Positions 13,085 to 25,396 of a stretch of DNA of 64,000 nucleotides are shown here, piece by piece. Location: NCBI RefSeq assembly GCF_009914755.1, contig NC_060926.1. One strand, 5' to 3'. The stretch comes from the human T2T-CHM13v2.0 reference genome, Homo sapiens. The notes beneath the pieces were generated by a model. That model was not told the DNA's origin, ran no database searches, and was given only the letters and a program-made list of their open reading frames with translations. How positions within the stretch are numbered: the first letter of the stretch is position 1; each line of letters opens with the position of its first letter. The position numbers and the translations under genes were made by a program.

Positions 13085-14059
13085 AGCTCAGGCCACATTC
13101 CGCACGTCAGGAGCCAGAAGGAACAGGATGGGCCAGGCACTCAGAGCAGCCTCAACGGAGCAGGTCAGCTTAGTGGGCGGGGAAGTTGGCTTCACTCCCC
13201 TGCTTCAACCAGAGTCACTTCTCTTACAACTGGTTCCTATGTTGGGTTCCACTAGGATTCCAGAATTTGTAAAATTACGTATATTGGTGATTTCTAAGGT
13301 CTCTTTCAATCACAAAGTTCTGTCCTAAGGTTCTAACTCAGTTGTGTTTCATCTGACTTTTCTTTGGAGAAAATAATTCCTGACAGGTCACCGAATCTAG
13401 CCAATTATTCATTTGCCAGCTGTTGAGTGAACATCATTAGTGTTTTTCAGTGTTCCCTCCGTGTTGTGCTAAAGTCCCATAGTAAAAATGCCTGGCTACT
13501 TTTCTATCAGGAAAAGAAACAACCCCATGACAGTTCAGAAAGCAAATAATTAGTTAATCCAGTTTTATTCCTAAAAATGATTTATTATAGCCATGTACAT
13601 AAGATATAATCACCTCAATCAAGTTAACTTTATGAGTTCAGCCCAATTTAAGTCTTTTAACCTTGATGTTATTCCCAAGCATACACATTTTAGAAATCTT
13701 CTTGATAGTTTCCCAAATTATAACAAGCATCAATGGGCGGTTTGTATAAAAATCACATATTGAAGAAATGGTAGACCTACAGTATATAACTTTTTGAAAA
13801 AAAATTAATCCCCAAATAAATAACCTTTACCTCTATTTTAATTTTTTATGTTACCTTCCAGTTTCTACACATGCTTTACATGGCTGTCATGGTATCTATA
13901 TTAATTTGCAACGTAACTTTTAAGTATTTTGAAAACAGTTCATAAGTTTCTGTATACTCTTCCTAACTATAATTGGTAAAGTCTGCATAATATTCCACTG
14001 TGCTGATGCATTATAGTGTGTTAACCTGACTAACCTGTTAGTACATCCATGACAGACCA

Positions 14060-14200
14060 GGTAGCAAGAAAAGCTCAGAATCATAATGCCAGAGGTCACA
14101 GCTCTGCTTTGTAGAGTCCTATCTCTGAACCATCAAAGTACTCTGTTTGTCTCACATTACCACTGGAACAAGGACCAGCAGATTATAGGGGCTCACTTTG
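14060..14200 (+). mobile_element. Possible ancient tRNA-derived SINE remnant (MamSINE1-like)
   Basis: tRNA-head-like 'AGCTCAGAATCATAATGCCAGAGGTCACAGCTC' then 'CTCTGTTTGTCTCAC...CACTGGAACAAGG'; weak recall match. Confidence 0.3.
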
Positions 14201-16156
14201 TTCTCAAGGTTGGAAAATACATATGGCAACTTGGATGTAAAGTGCATATTATATAATGACATTCCAGCCTATTCTGGCCTTCAAATACAGAGAAAACTGA
14301 AAGTATTAACCTGCACAGTCCCATCAGGTTTTGCTTGAAGCTCCCAGGTCTTAGACATTGCCATATCCAAGTCAGTCTTGGTTATCTCCAGTCCTGCTTT
14401 ACAGAAAACCAATAAGTCAGAAATGTCTGTAGAAGTGACTTAATTGGGAAGTAACTTAAAAAGCATATAAATGGGCAATAAACTCACAAGCTTTGGAGTT
14501 GGAAATCTTTAAGGATCTAGGAAATATGTCTCCACTTAAAATATGTAATACACCTCTTCTGTTTGGCATCTTGTGAGCTTTTAGATATATTTCTGGTAAA
14601 GCTTTTGTCATCTCTCAAAACATCAGGCAACATTGGGCCTTCAGTTGTGTGTTTCAAAATGGATAGGCCTTGACTTTTTTCTTCAACCAGAATTTGGTTT
14701 TCAGGTATAGCAGGTGGTTATTTTGATTATGTTCTACATATGTTTAGAGGGTTTTGTCAACAGGAACCTAAAAATGTCACTTCATAGAAACATTCCTTTT
14801 TGTTCCCCTCTTACTGTTATTTCTTGTCATTCTTGATCTAAAACATGCTAAATAATTCCAACCATCCAATGTTGTTTGCACCTTTCCAATGCTCCTAGCG
14901 GGTACATGGGATGTATAAATACTAACGAGGAAATCAGTCTCTGAAAAGTGCTAAGTAATCACATTGTTGGAGCTCTAACAGCAATACAAAGCACTTTCAT
15001 TTTCGCAAGTACATTTTCAATGTAATAAAATAAAGAGTGTTAGTTAAACAGAGACATTTGCACCATGGGAGGTTGCAGAACTATTCAAAGGTAACATTGA
15101 TAGAGGTTAATACATGAAAAGGCTGTTGGGAAGAGATTATTATTATTATTATTTTAAGTGGAAATGTACTTATAGTGTTTAAAAAGAATAGAACTGAAAT
15201 TTTGTTAAGATAGGTCCTCAAGTTCTGGGTTTTTTTAAAAATACAAATTTGCATGTGATTAGTATATATCATTCAGTGAAGCCTAAAATACTTCTAGCAT
15301 TTCCCCACCTTCTTCTTTTTTTCTCTTAAACCTACCAAAGTTCAGTATATCAAGTTGACAAAGTCTAACCGGGATAAACGGCTGGCTTGAAATGAACCTT
15401 GATTCTCAGCAGCCACAATCATGCAAAGAATAATAACCGCTCTGCTAGGTTGTCACCAGAGCTCACGTGTCATTAAGAAAATGAAATCCTAGCCTTTGTC
15501 TCCACCTATGAAACCTATTATTGAGACTTTGAAGTTAGGAACTCCATTGCAATCATTAATACCAACCATCAGAAATCACTTTGTGCCAAAAATATTTCAG
15601 GCCTTCTTCCACATCACTTTTGGAAAAAGTTCCAAAACTCCACTTTGACACAATATCTAATTGTTTGAAGAATTTTATTGAGTCAGGTAGTCACAGCAAA
15701 AGAGATACATGTGGTCAAAACATTACTTAACTTTCCAGACTTGTCTTAAATGCATTTGCAAATTCTCTTTTTAACCTTCCCCTGCCTTCCAATCTCATTT
15801 TTATACAAGGAAAATTTAAAGATAATACTGGATCTCTTCAATACCTAGAACTGTGATGACTGAGCCTCAACTGTATTTCATTAAATATGTTTTTTAAATA
15901 TTCCACTTGCCAACCTCATTGTGTAATAGAAAGACAGGAAATGTGTTTACTGAATACCTGATCTGTACATATAAATATTATCAAAATGTTTCTTAAGCCT
16001 CCAAAGGTTTATCTTGGGTGAAATTTTCACAATTCAGTATTGTCTCTGTTCCTAGTATTGTCTCTACTACTCCTCTCCAGTCCTTTCAACTCTATACTTT
16101 GTCAATGACATCACTGTCTTGAGTGCTCACAGCTCTAATATTTAAAAAAAAATGCT

Positions 16157-16254
16157 CCCTCAAAAAATATCCATAGTTGTGCACTTCATGGAGCTTACAA
16201 AAATACCCTAAAAAAATATCCATCGTTCTGCACTTAATGGAGCTTACAAACTCA
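16157..16254 (+). repeat. Tandem duplication, period 49 bp, 2 copies
   Basis: CCCTCAAAAAATATCCATAGTTGTGCACTTCATGGAGCTTACAAA / CCCTAAAAAAATATCCATCGTTCTGCACTTAATGGAGCTTACAAA. Confidence 0.9.
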
Positions 16255-16389
16255 CCCCTTACTCTAACTTATAGGGCATGCACTGACTGGCAAGAATCCC
16301 TAATTCGCCCTCACTTTGTTTGTAGCTCTTCCACCCCAGTTGTAAAAGTTTCAAATTTTGTTAAGCAAACATCTCCCCAGACCTAGGAA

Positions 16390-16600
16390 AACAGCAGAGC
16401 ATATTGGCTTAAAACAGACATCAAATCAAATTGCACCTCTGATGCTCATTAGTTGTTTGATATGACAATGACTTATCTTCTCTAAGCTTGTGTCCATATC
16501 TATAAAATAGGATAATAATTGCATTTATGAGATTATTCTAAGAACTTAATAAAACATTTGTGAAGTATCTAGCTCGGAACTTAACACAAAATAAGCCTAA
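16390..16600 (+). mobile_element. MIR SINE fragment
   Basis: 'TGACTTATCTTCTCTAAGCTT...ATCTATAAAATAGGATAATAAT'. Confidence 0.55.
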
Positions 16601-19600
16601 AAAAAGTACCTTTTTTAAAAAAAAAATTGCTTTTGTTTTTATTTTACAGCTTCTCATTTTGTTCAATTATGGCTACTTATCCAGTACCAAATATACTCTC
16701 TGCCCAAGTTCCATAGACTGAATCTGTGGAGTTTATCTATGCCATTATTATCGTCCTTCTGATAGTTTGGTGGCTTATAATTTATTCTTAAATAACTTCT
16801 TGTTTGAACTTTTCACCTCATTTATAAATGCTTTTAGGAAAGGGATTATATCATATGCTTCTCTGTTGGATGAATTACTTGAGAAGGTAATCACTTATTG
16901 AACATCTATTAGGTGCAAAGTGTTCCACACACTGTCAATCAGTCAGCAAGCTTTACTGAATACCTGATCTGTACATATAAATATTATCAAAATGTTTTTT
17001 AAGCCTCCAAAGGTTTATCTTGGGTGAAATTTTCACAATTCAGTCCTTATTTTGTAGAAGCCTCATATACAAACAATGGAATCACTCTGCTTGACATAGA
17101 TTTACACTGCCAGCAAATCTTTCTTTTTGAGCAAGGGTAAACATCTCAATGTGAGCAGGAAGTTCAAGTTCTGTTAGAAAGTGTTCGTGTACAGTAAACA
17201 CAAAGTAATAAAGATACCACAATTTTAGTGCAAGTCTGCAGGGAGCCTGAGAATCCCTCAATCATATAATGTTACAATTTCAAAATTCTTTTAATGAGTA
17301 TCTGTAGGAATTGAGTTATAATGCCTTTTTTCAAAAAGATTTGTAACATGACATGAATTCCCCACCGAAGTGAACTTCACGTTGGCATCCAATTTAAAAT
17401 GTTACAAAAACGACATTATTGCCCAACATCTGTTTCATCATCTGATGATTCTGTTGTAAGATTATGATGAGGAAGTTATTTCAGCAGAAGCCAAGAGACC
17501 CTTATGCTGCCATTATCCTTAGATTACTTTCCTATTACTCCTACGTCAGGCTCCTGGCTGGGAAGGCACAGAATCATCTCATCAGAAAAGAACATGGAAT
17601 GGCACATTGGCTCATTCTCAGATTCATGCAGGACCCCATTTTATCTGCTTCAAAGAAATGGCTGTCTATTTGTCAAGCAATGTAGTTGCCAATTACCAAA
17701 CACAATTTCTAGAAATTTAGAAAAGAAACATTTTCTAATTTCAGCTCTTATTTTAATAAATTTATTTCTTTATTTGGCCCCAAAGTGTCTTATGTTGACA
17801 GACATGTAACAAATGTGATGATCTGCCTACTGGCAAGGTATGTAGATATTATTTCATGGATAGAGATTACCAATCAAAGCCATCACACTGCTCTTTGAAA
17901 AAATAACTACTATACATATGATTACTAGAAAATTATTTTAGTATATTTTAGCTGTTTGAAATTATCCACTCAGATTAAAATCATTATTAAAAGTCTGCAG
18001 TCCCATATCTCATATATAGCAGGTATTCAATTACATGCTGAAAAAGTAAAATAAGGAAAGTTACATATACATGCATGGTACTTTGCAATAGCCTGGACAT
18101 TAATCCAACCAACCAAGCCTCACTAATTTTCATGGTGATGCTAAGTATTACACACACATTCACTCATACATGTTTCTGAAAAAAAATTTTGTTTGGGCAA
18201 AAGAGCAGATTTCATAAATCTCTTCAGAGACACAAGGCTAAGGTGTAAACTTACTTTTTTCCACAATGAAAAAACTAAACGAAACCAAACCAGGAGAAAT
18301 GTTTAAGGTCACATCAGTAGTCTACAATCACTATTCCTGGAGAGTACAGTCCCTCAAATAGAAGAACTAACTTTTTACAACAATTGTCATTTTTAAAGGT
18401 TAAATGTATTCCAAGCTTCTAGCACAGTGCCTGACACACAGTAAACATGCAAAAAAAAATGATGACTACTACATTCCAACACCATTTAAAAGTGAAATCA
18501 GGATAGGAGGAGCAAAATGTTTATGCTACTGCTCTCCCACATCTTGCCCCCACTTTTCTGATTACAAAGATCAGAGGTTTGCTGCTGGAGGCAGGTGTCG
18601 CCTGTTATACTCACTGCTCTAGGATCTGGAAGAGTGCCTGGCATATAAGAAGATCAATAAATAATTAGTGGCCAACTAACCGGCCCTTCCCCTCTCCCCT
18701 TGGCCCCCTTCCAATCAATCCTGTTCCTGCCTCTCCTCCAATTTCATTGGATCCTAAACCCAGGAGACAGATGGAGGACCAAGAAGGTGGGTAGGCGCTG
18801 AGTGCCTAGATGAAGGAGGCCTCAAAGCCTGGGACCACACACTCTGGCTTGGATTACATGGTCTTTTTTTAGCTCTAAGTCGCCTGTAAATGCATTAAAG
18901 ATTAATGCACTAATGCATTATTAGGACTTGACTGTTCATTATGGTAAATGATGCTTTGTTTGAAATTTGTAAATAAAAAATAATTCCTTCAAGCTTCACA
19001 GAGGTTTCCATCCAAATCAATAAGACCCTTGGAATCATTCAGAGTGGTAGGAGGTTCAGATGGGAAAAACATTTTAAAATGCAAATCAATATAGGAATCC
19101 CATAAAATGGCTGAAAAACAGTATCAGTTAAAAAGAACAAGTAGGTTCTTATTTTATGTTTTGAAACAAAAATTGAACTAGACATGGCATATTGAATCAT
19201 GTCAAAGGGCCATTAATCTCCAGATTAGAAAAATATCACTTTCTGGGATGCCATAATATTGGCAGGTTTATAAATTTGCCTTGTTTTGCTCAATCATTTG
19301 AGAAAATATAAGATTTGATCCTATAGTCTTTATAAGCGCAGGCTGCTTTAGAATAAAATATGTATATATACACAGTGTTATTTACACATACTTACATAGA
19401 GAGATATATACACGTATAATAGGAAAAAACACATCTACATTTGATCCATATTTTTAAAAGAAACCAAATAACATAAGAAAAGATAAAAGTTGAATTCTAT
19501 ACTCTATCCAGATGGTTTTACTTCCTATTATTCCCTATTTTATCCCTCTGGATAAAATACTGTTTTCCTCATAAATAATGCAGCACAAATATTCTGTTGG

Positions 19601-19792
19601 CATTGTAAGAATAATGCTAAATATAATAGTTAAGTGGTATTAGAATTCTATTAAAACACATACACACATATAGGCCAGATATTATTTTATTTATTGCTTG
19701 AATAAAGAATAATTTACCTTATTTAACAATGTTAATTACTTGTAGGAGATCTTATAGGAGAAATGTAGAATTTCTAGCTAAAAAAATGTTAT

Positions 19793-20088
19793 GGCTGGGC
19801 GCAGTGGTTCATGTCTATAATCCCAGCATTTTGGGAAGCTGAGGTAGGAGGACTGCTTGAGTCCAGGAGTTCAAGACCAGCCTAGGCAACATAGAGAGAC
19901 TCCGTCTCTACAAAAAAAAAAAAAAAAAAATTAGCCAGGTGAGGTGGCACATACCTGTAGACCTAGCTACTTGGGAGGCTGAGGTGGGAGGATCACTTGA
20001 ACTCAGGAGTTTAAGACTGCAGTGAGCTATGACTGCACCACTGCTCTCCAGCCTGGGCAACAGGGGAAGACCCATCTCTAAAAAAAAA
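19793..20088 (+). mobile_element. AluJ, with a long middle poly(A)
   Basis: J-type 'GGAGGACTGCTTGAGTCCAGGAGTTCAAGACCAGCCTAGGCAACATAG' and 'GCAGTGAGCTATGACTGCACCACTG'. Confidence 0.93.
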
Positions 20089-20863
20089 TTACACTCTAAT
20101 AGTTATTGGTTGATTTTTTTACATCAATTTAATGCCAATGACACATGTCTGGAAACATTTAGGTCCTTAACAGCCTCATATTTGGGGGAGGAGGGGGGAG
20201 AAGGGGGTGAGAAGTTAAACTACTATAATGAATTATAGATATTCTCCCTCAAATTGAAATGTCACTACTATTAGTAAAATAGGATATAATTCTAAAATAA
20301 TGTTGGAATATACTGAAACATATGAGCCAAATTACAAGAACGATAGTATAGATAAGTAAAATAGGAGGTGTGCAGTCATGATGTAGAAAGAATTTACTGA
20401 CTTCAAAAAGTGTAATTCCCTAAATTGAAAGTCACAAGTCACTCTCCCCACATATATGTACACAATTAATAAGGGTTCAGAAATAAAAAGTGAATGAATG
20501 AATGAATTTCCACTTTAAAGACTAACAAATTATGACTCAGAGAATTTAAACATCTTGGTGAGAGCACACTTTTAGGAAATTGAACCTAAATCCCAGATCT
20601 CTGAGTTCCCTTATCACAAGCACCGCTCCATGAAATGCAGACAGCTCAGGTCCACACCCAATTCTGCAATGAAAAGCGGAGAGAGGGAAGAAGAAGGGAA
20701 GGAAAAGAGAAACTGATGGGATACTGTCATTGGGGAGGGGAGCAGTCAGAGTCCAAAATTACAAGTCCAAAGAACAGGAGCCAAATTCAAGTCCACCTCA
20801 AGCAGAGATTGATTCCAGGCAGGAGACAGGCAAGAGAGAGGTAACATTCAGACTTCTGCAAGG

Positions 20864-21340
20864 CACTATTCTCAATAGCAAACACATGGTGCCCATCAAT
20901 GCCCATCAATGACAGTTGGATAAAGAAAATGTGGTACATATACACCATGGAATACTATGCAGCCATAAAAGAGAACAAGATCATGACTTGTGGGAACATG
21001 TACAGAGCTAGAGGCCATTATCCCTAGCAAACTAATGCAGAAACAGAAAACCAAATACCACGTTTTCACTTAAAAGCGGGAGCTAAATGCTGAGAGCTCA
21101 TGGACACAAAGAGGGGAACAACAGACACAGGGGTCTACTTGAGGTGGAAGGTGGGAGGAAGGAAAGAGTCAGAAAAAATAGGTATTGGCTAAGTACCTGG
21201 GTGATAAAATAATCTCTATAACAAACCTCCATGACACAAGTTTACCTAGATAATGAACCTGCACAGGTACCCCTGAGCCTAAAGTAAAAGTTATGAAAAA
21301 ATTCACTTCTTCTAGGCAAACAGTCTTAACAAAAAAAAAA
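20864..21340 (+). mobile_element. 5'-truncated L1 3' end (older L1PA, about L1PA13-16) with about 30 bp of extra 3' sequence before the poly(A)
   Basis: 'GGATAAAGAAAATGTGGTACATATACACCATGGAATACTATGCAGCCATAAAA'; perfect 14-bp TSD AGACTTCTGCAAGG at 20850-20863 and 21341-21354. Confidence 0.92.
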
Positions 21341-22059
21341 AGACTTCTGCAAGGGGGTAGTTCTGCCAGGAAGCATGGTTATCAAGTAGGGAGTGAAGGA
21401 AGGTAAAAACCAAATAAGAGAGAAGCTCTCTACCTACTGACAAGGGCTCCAGAGTAAACCCTAGAACACTGATGTGCACTCACCTTCTTCACAGAAGAGA
21501 GGCAGCAAAGAAAACAGGCTGGGGCTTCAATCAGAAGTTGTGTTGGAATTGACTGCCACACACCAGTGAGAAGGCTTTAGCATAAGCCTATCGCTAGATT
21601 AAGACTACAATACTTCCAGACACTTAGGCCACCAAGCATTATTTCCAACCCAATTACTGATAGGGATGTGGCTATAGATATTGTGTCTGCTTGGTGCCCA
21701 CTGGTTCGATGGCTGGGAGGGCTGAGTGTGCAGGGGTTGGCTAGATGAAACTGGGAGAGGCCAAGGTGGACACAACTCATCCAGAGCTATTCCAACAAAC
21801 CACATGATAGACAACAGCCCTATGTCAAAAAACTGGCATAAGTGCAGGCTTGGTGATTTCAAGGCCACATAATAATGGGCTGAATGTACAGACACTAAGA
21901 AGGCAATAAAAATTTAGTTATTATCCACCAGCTAAGAGGGGCAAAATGATAAATGTGGTGCCATAGGAGATGGCATGAGGTTGAAAATGTAAAAACAGTT
22001 TTAAACTCACTATGAATCATGTGAAATACCAATATACCATTTTAACAAAAAATTGGCAA

Positions 22060-22700
22060 TTGCTTTTTAATAACAATATTATATGCAGTGAGTGATGCTG
22101 ATACTCTCATATATTAGCAATAAGCATATAAATTGAAGACTGCAACTTGGCTATGAGTATAAAAAGCCTTAAAAATTGTGCTTATACCCAGTAATTCTAC
22201 TTCTAAGTATACATCATGAGCAAATAATCTGAGATTCAGATGAAGACTTTTAAGCCATAATGTCCACCACAGTATTACTTATAATACTAAAAAAGTTGGA
22301 ATGACCTAAATATTCCAAAATAGGTAAATTACAGTGTATAATTGAACACTGGAACATTAGGTGATCAGTAAACAGGTTGATGTTGATGTTTATGCATTTT
22401 TAATACTATATTGCTTAAGTAGACCATAAAATCATTATACGCCATACAATTCCAATTATGTGTATAAATGTATACAGAAAGGTATACATTTCTATATATT
22501 TGTTCATATGTATGTGCTCATATATATCCATATAGATATAGGTGTAAACATAGGTACAGATGAAAAATATAGAAATATAACATGTAGATAGTAAAAGACT
22601 AAAAGTAGCATGGGTAATTTTATATTATTATTTATTCTGAACTCTCCAAGTTTCCTACAGTGAACCCATATTGCTTTGTATAATCAGAAAAATATGATAA
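22060..22700 (+). mobile_element. Old L1M (L1ME/MD-like) 3' fragments
   Basis: 'ACCCCAGTAATTCTACTTCTAAGTATACATC' and 'CACAGTATTACTTATAATACTAAAAAAGTTGGAATGACCTAAAT'. Confidence 0.6.
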
Positions 22701-22749
22701 GCTGTTCCTTTGTGTTGGTCTGTTTCTCATTTTAGATAGAAAGACATAG

Positions 22750-22970
22750 CTTGGACTTGCGGTCACACAGCTTTGTACTAGAATCCTATTTTGCCCCTTA
22801 AACTAGCCCTCTGGCCTTGGGCACATGATTTATCTTCTCTGAGATGAATTTTCCTCATATGTAAAATAGACATAATATCACCTCAAATGGTTATAGAGAT
22901 AAGAAAATAAAAATAAGACATTTAGCAAATATATAAAAATGGTGTAGAGACTCAGTACATGGCAGCTGTT
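22750..22970 (+). mobile_element. MIR SINE fragment
   Basis: 'GCCTTGGGCACATGATTTATCTTCTCTGAG...TTTCCTCATATGTAAAATAG'. Confidence 0.65.
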
Positions 22971-24102
22971 ATAATGCTATTCCCGGTAATTTTTCCCCAA
23001 CCCCAGTTCCATCCTGCAACTACATACAACTCCCTAAATGCACACATCTAGTCTTCAGAAACTAGATTTACAGTGATGTTAAATGAGCAGTCCCTTGCCA
23101 GGCACTACACTACCTCCAGGGACTAAACCCTGAAACTAGGAAGGACTATTTAGAACTACATGGCTCAAACATGTCGGTCCCGGCTGCTTCCCTAGCAATT
23201 CATTTCAGCCCCACAATTACTTCCTCCCATAGCTGAAGAGTTCTACAGCCATTGCTACTTATAAACCTAACTCTTGGTTGAATTACACAATGTTCTATAC
23301 TCTCATACTCTATAAGATTAATTTTATGTGTCATAACTTGGCCTCCATGCTAAAAGCAGTCTCCCTCATCTTTATTTATTTTTTAGAACTTTATTTGCTC
23401 TTCATACAATTCTGGGCATATGTTGAGTTAAACAATTTGCTCAACACACAGAGTTCCAATTGCACTCTCTCCAAAGTAGCATGTCCAACTAATAAGTCAC
23501 TGCAAAAAAGGAATGTGCATATACAGATTAAAGATGATTCAACAGCTGTAAATTAAAACGCAACAAAAAAGACAGAAGGAACATACATTGTTTATCCTGG
23601 GAAAGTGAAAACTATGGCCTGTTAGTCTAAGAGATTTTGCTTTGTCGAGTTATTGTTTATCCTGGTACCACATAAAAGAAACACACAAAAAGACAAAAAC
23701 CAAGGCAACGAGGGTGGGGGATCTTAATATACAGTAAGATAAAGAGTTCCCTTCAAAAAAAGAAAAAAAATAAGACTCCTCAGATGATAGAGCTCTTTAA
23801 ATATTGATATAAATGCTTATTGTAAAATTTTTTTTAATTTAGAGTGGGAGGAGGAAATGGGAAGAAAATCTGGAAACATTTTTATCTGCCTAAACTGATG
23901 GCTAAAGGTGGGGTCCAACTGATTCCACAGATCATAATTATTTAATTATTATACTTTAATGCTCTCCTTTGAAGATTGTATGCAAAAAATAACCTACATG
24001 GTAGATATATTTTCAGATTTCAGAGATGTTTCTATTTGAGGTCAGTATGAGAGAAAGGGAGAAAACAATGCTATTCTCTGCACCAAGTGCCACTTGCAAA
24101 TC

Positions 24103-24240
24103 ACTCATTAATTCATTCAATAAATATTTATTGAGAACCTGCTCTGTGCCACGCTCTACTCTAGGGCTGGGACTATAGCAGGGAACAAGACCTTCAAGTC
24201 CTTGATCTCATGACTACATATTTTTAACAGTCTTAAAACT
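24103..24240 (-). mobile_element. L2 3' terminal fragment
   Basis: 'ATTCATTCAATAAATATTTATTGAGAACCTGCTCTGTGCCA'. Confidence 0.7.
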
Positions 24241-24339
24241 AGAAAAATAATATATGTCACATTTGCAATGTAGATTACTCCAAATAAAGTGATCAGAAAT
24301 TCTTAGTAAGCTTCATGCCCTGAAAATAAATAAACATAT

Positions 24340-24607
24340 GAATAGATGGAAGGAGGGATGGATGAATGCATGAGTATATGGAGGGATGGAGGGATGAAGG
24401 GATGGGTGGGTAGGTGAATGGGTGGCTGAATCGATGGGTGGATGGAGGGAAGGAGGGAAAGAGGAACGGAGGGATTGATGTGTGGATAAGTGGAGGGATG
24501 GATGGATGGGTAGATGAGTGAGTGGGCGGGTGGATGAATGGATGGACCTATGGATGGATGGATGGATGGATGAATAGGTGGAAGGGTGGATGGGTATGTG
24601 AGTGGGT
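24340..24607. repeat. Degenerate (GGAT)n/(GGGT)n simple repeat
   Basis: Direct read; explains the HPSI-rich ORF 24303..24668. Confidence 0.9.
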
Positions 24608-24624
24608 ATATAACTGAATATGTA

Positions 24625-25255
24625 CAGTCAATCCTCATTATTTGCAGATCCTGTATTTCCAAATTCACCTGCTCGCTGAAATTTATTTGTAATCCCCAAA
24701 TTAATACTTGCAGTGCTTTCAGTTACTCATGGACATGCTCAGAGCAGTGAAGAATTTAAGTAACCCAATGCTCAGGTTTCTGAGGCCAAAGAAGGTGACA
24801 CACTACATCCTTATTGTAGATATCATATTGTGGGCAAGTGTCCTTTTTGTGGTCCATTTAGTGGCACATTTATCAAATGTTTTTGTTTTTTGTTGCTGAT
24901 TTTACTGTTTGAAATGGGACCCAAATGTAGTACTTTAGTGCTGCCTAATGTTTGTAAGTGCATGGAGTCTGTGATCTACCTTCAGGACAAAATATGGTGT
25001 CAGATAAGTTTTGTTAAGGCATGAGTTATAGTACATTGGCCATGAGCTCAGTGTTAACAATATATATTATATAAGGTGTCTTTAAATAGAAACTCACATA
25101 CAAAAAGGTTCTATATAGTTCCGTTGACAAAAATATTGTGACTCACAGGAACCTAATTCTGTATTTCCCCTGAGAACAATGGTTTGGTATTCACTAGTTC
25201 AGTATTCACAGCAACTTTATAAAATATAACCACCATTAATAACGATAATTAATTA
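24625..25255. mobile_element. MER82-like TcMar-Tigger DNA transposon (about 630 bp)
   Basis: TA-flanked degenerate TIRs 'CAGTCAATCCTCATTATT' / 'AATAACGATAATTAATTA'; internal sequence matches recalled MER82. Confidence 0.75.
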
Positions 25256-25257
25256 TA

Positions 25258-25396
25258 GATAATAGAGATGGATGGATGGATGAGTGGATGGACTAGATAG
25301 ATAGATGGATGGATGGATGAATGGATGGATGGATGGGCGGGCGGGTAGGCAGGCAGACAAATGGACGAATGGATGGATGGATAGATAGATAGATAG
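25258..25396. repeat. (GGAT)n/(AGAT)n simple repeat
   Basis: Direct read. Confidence 0.9.

Larger units (their letters stand above)
15946..17044 (+). repeat. 93-bp dispersed direct repeat (15946-16038 and 16952-17044), 92/93 identical
   Basis: Direct alignment; sole difference TGTTTCTTAAG vs TGTTTTTTAAG; offset 1006 bp. Confidence 0.95.

Noticed and set aside
15946-17044. 93-bp direct repeats as LTRs or TSD of a 1-kb element, or as a CRISPR-like array
   Set aside because: No TG..CA ends, PBS/PPT or flanking TSD; only two copies; interior is ordinary MIR/L2-containing DNA in a eukaryotic genome
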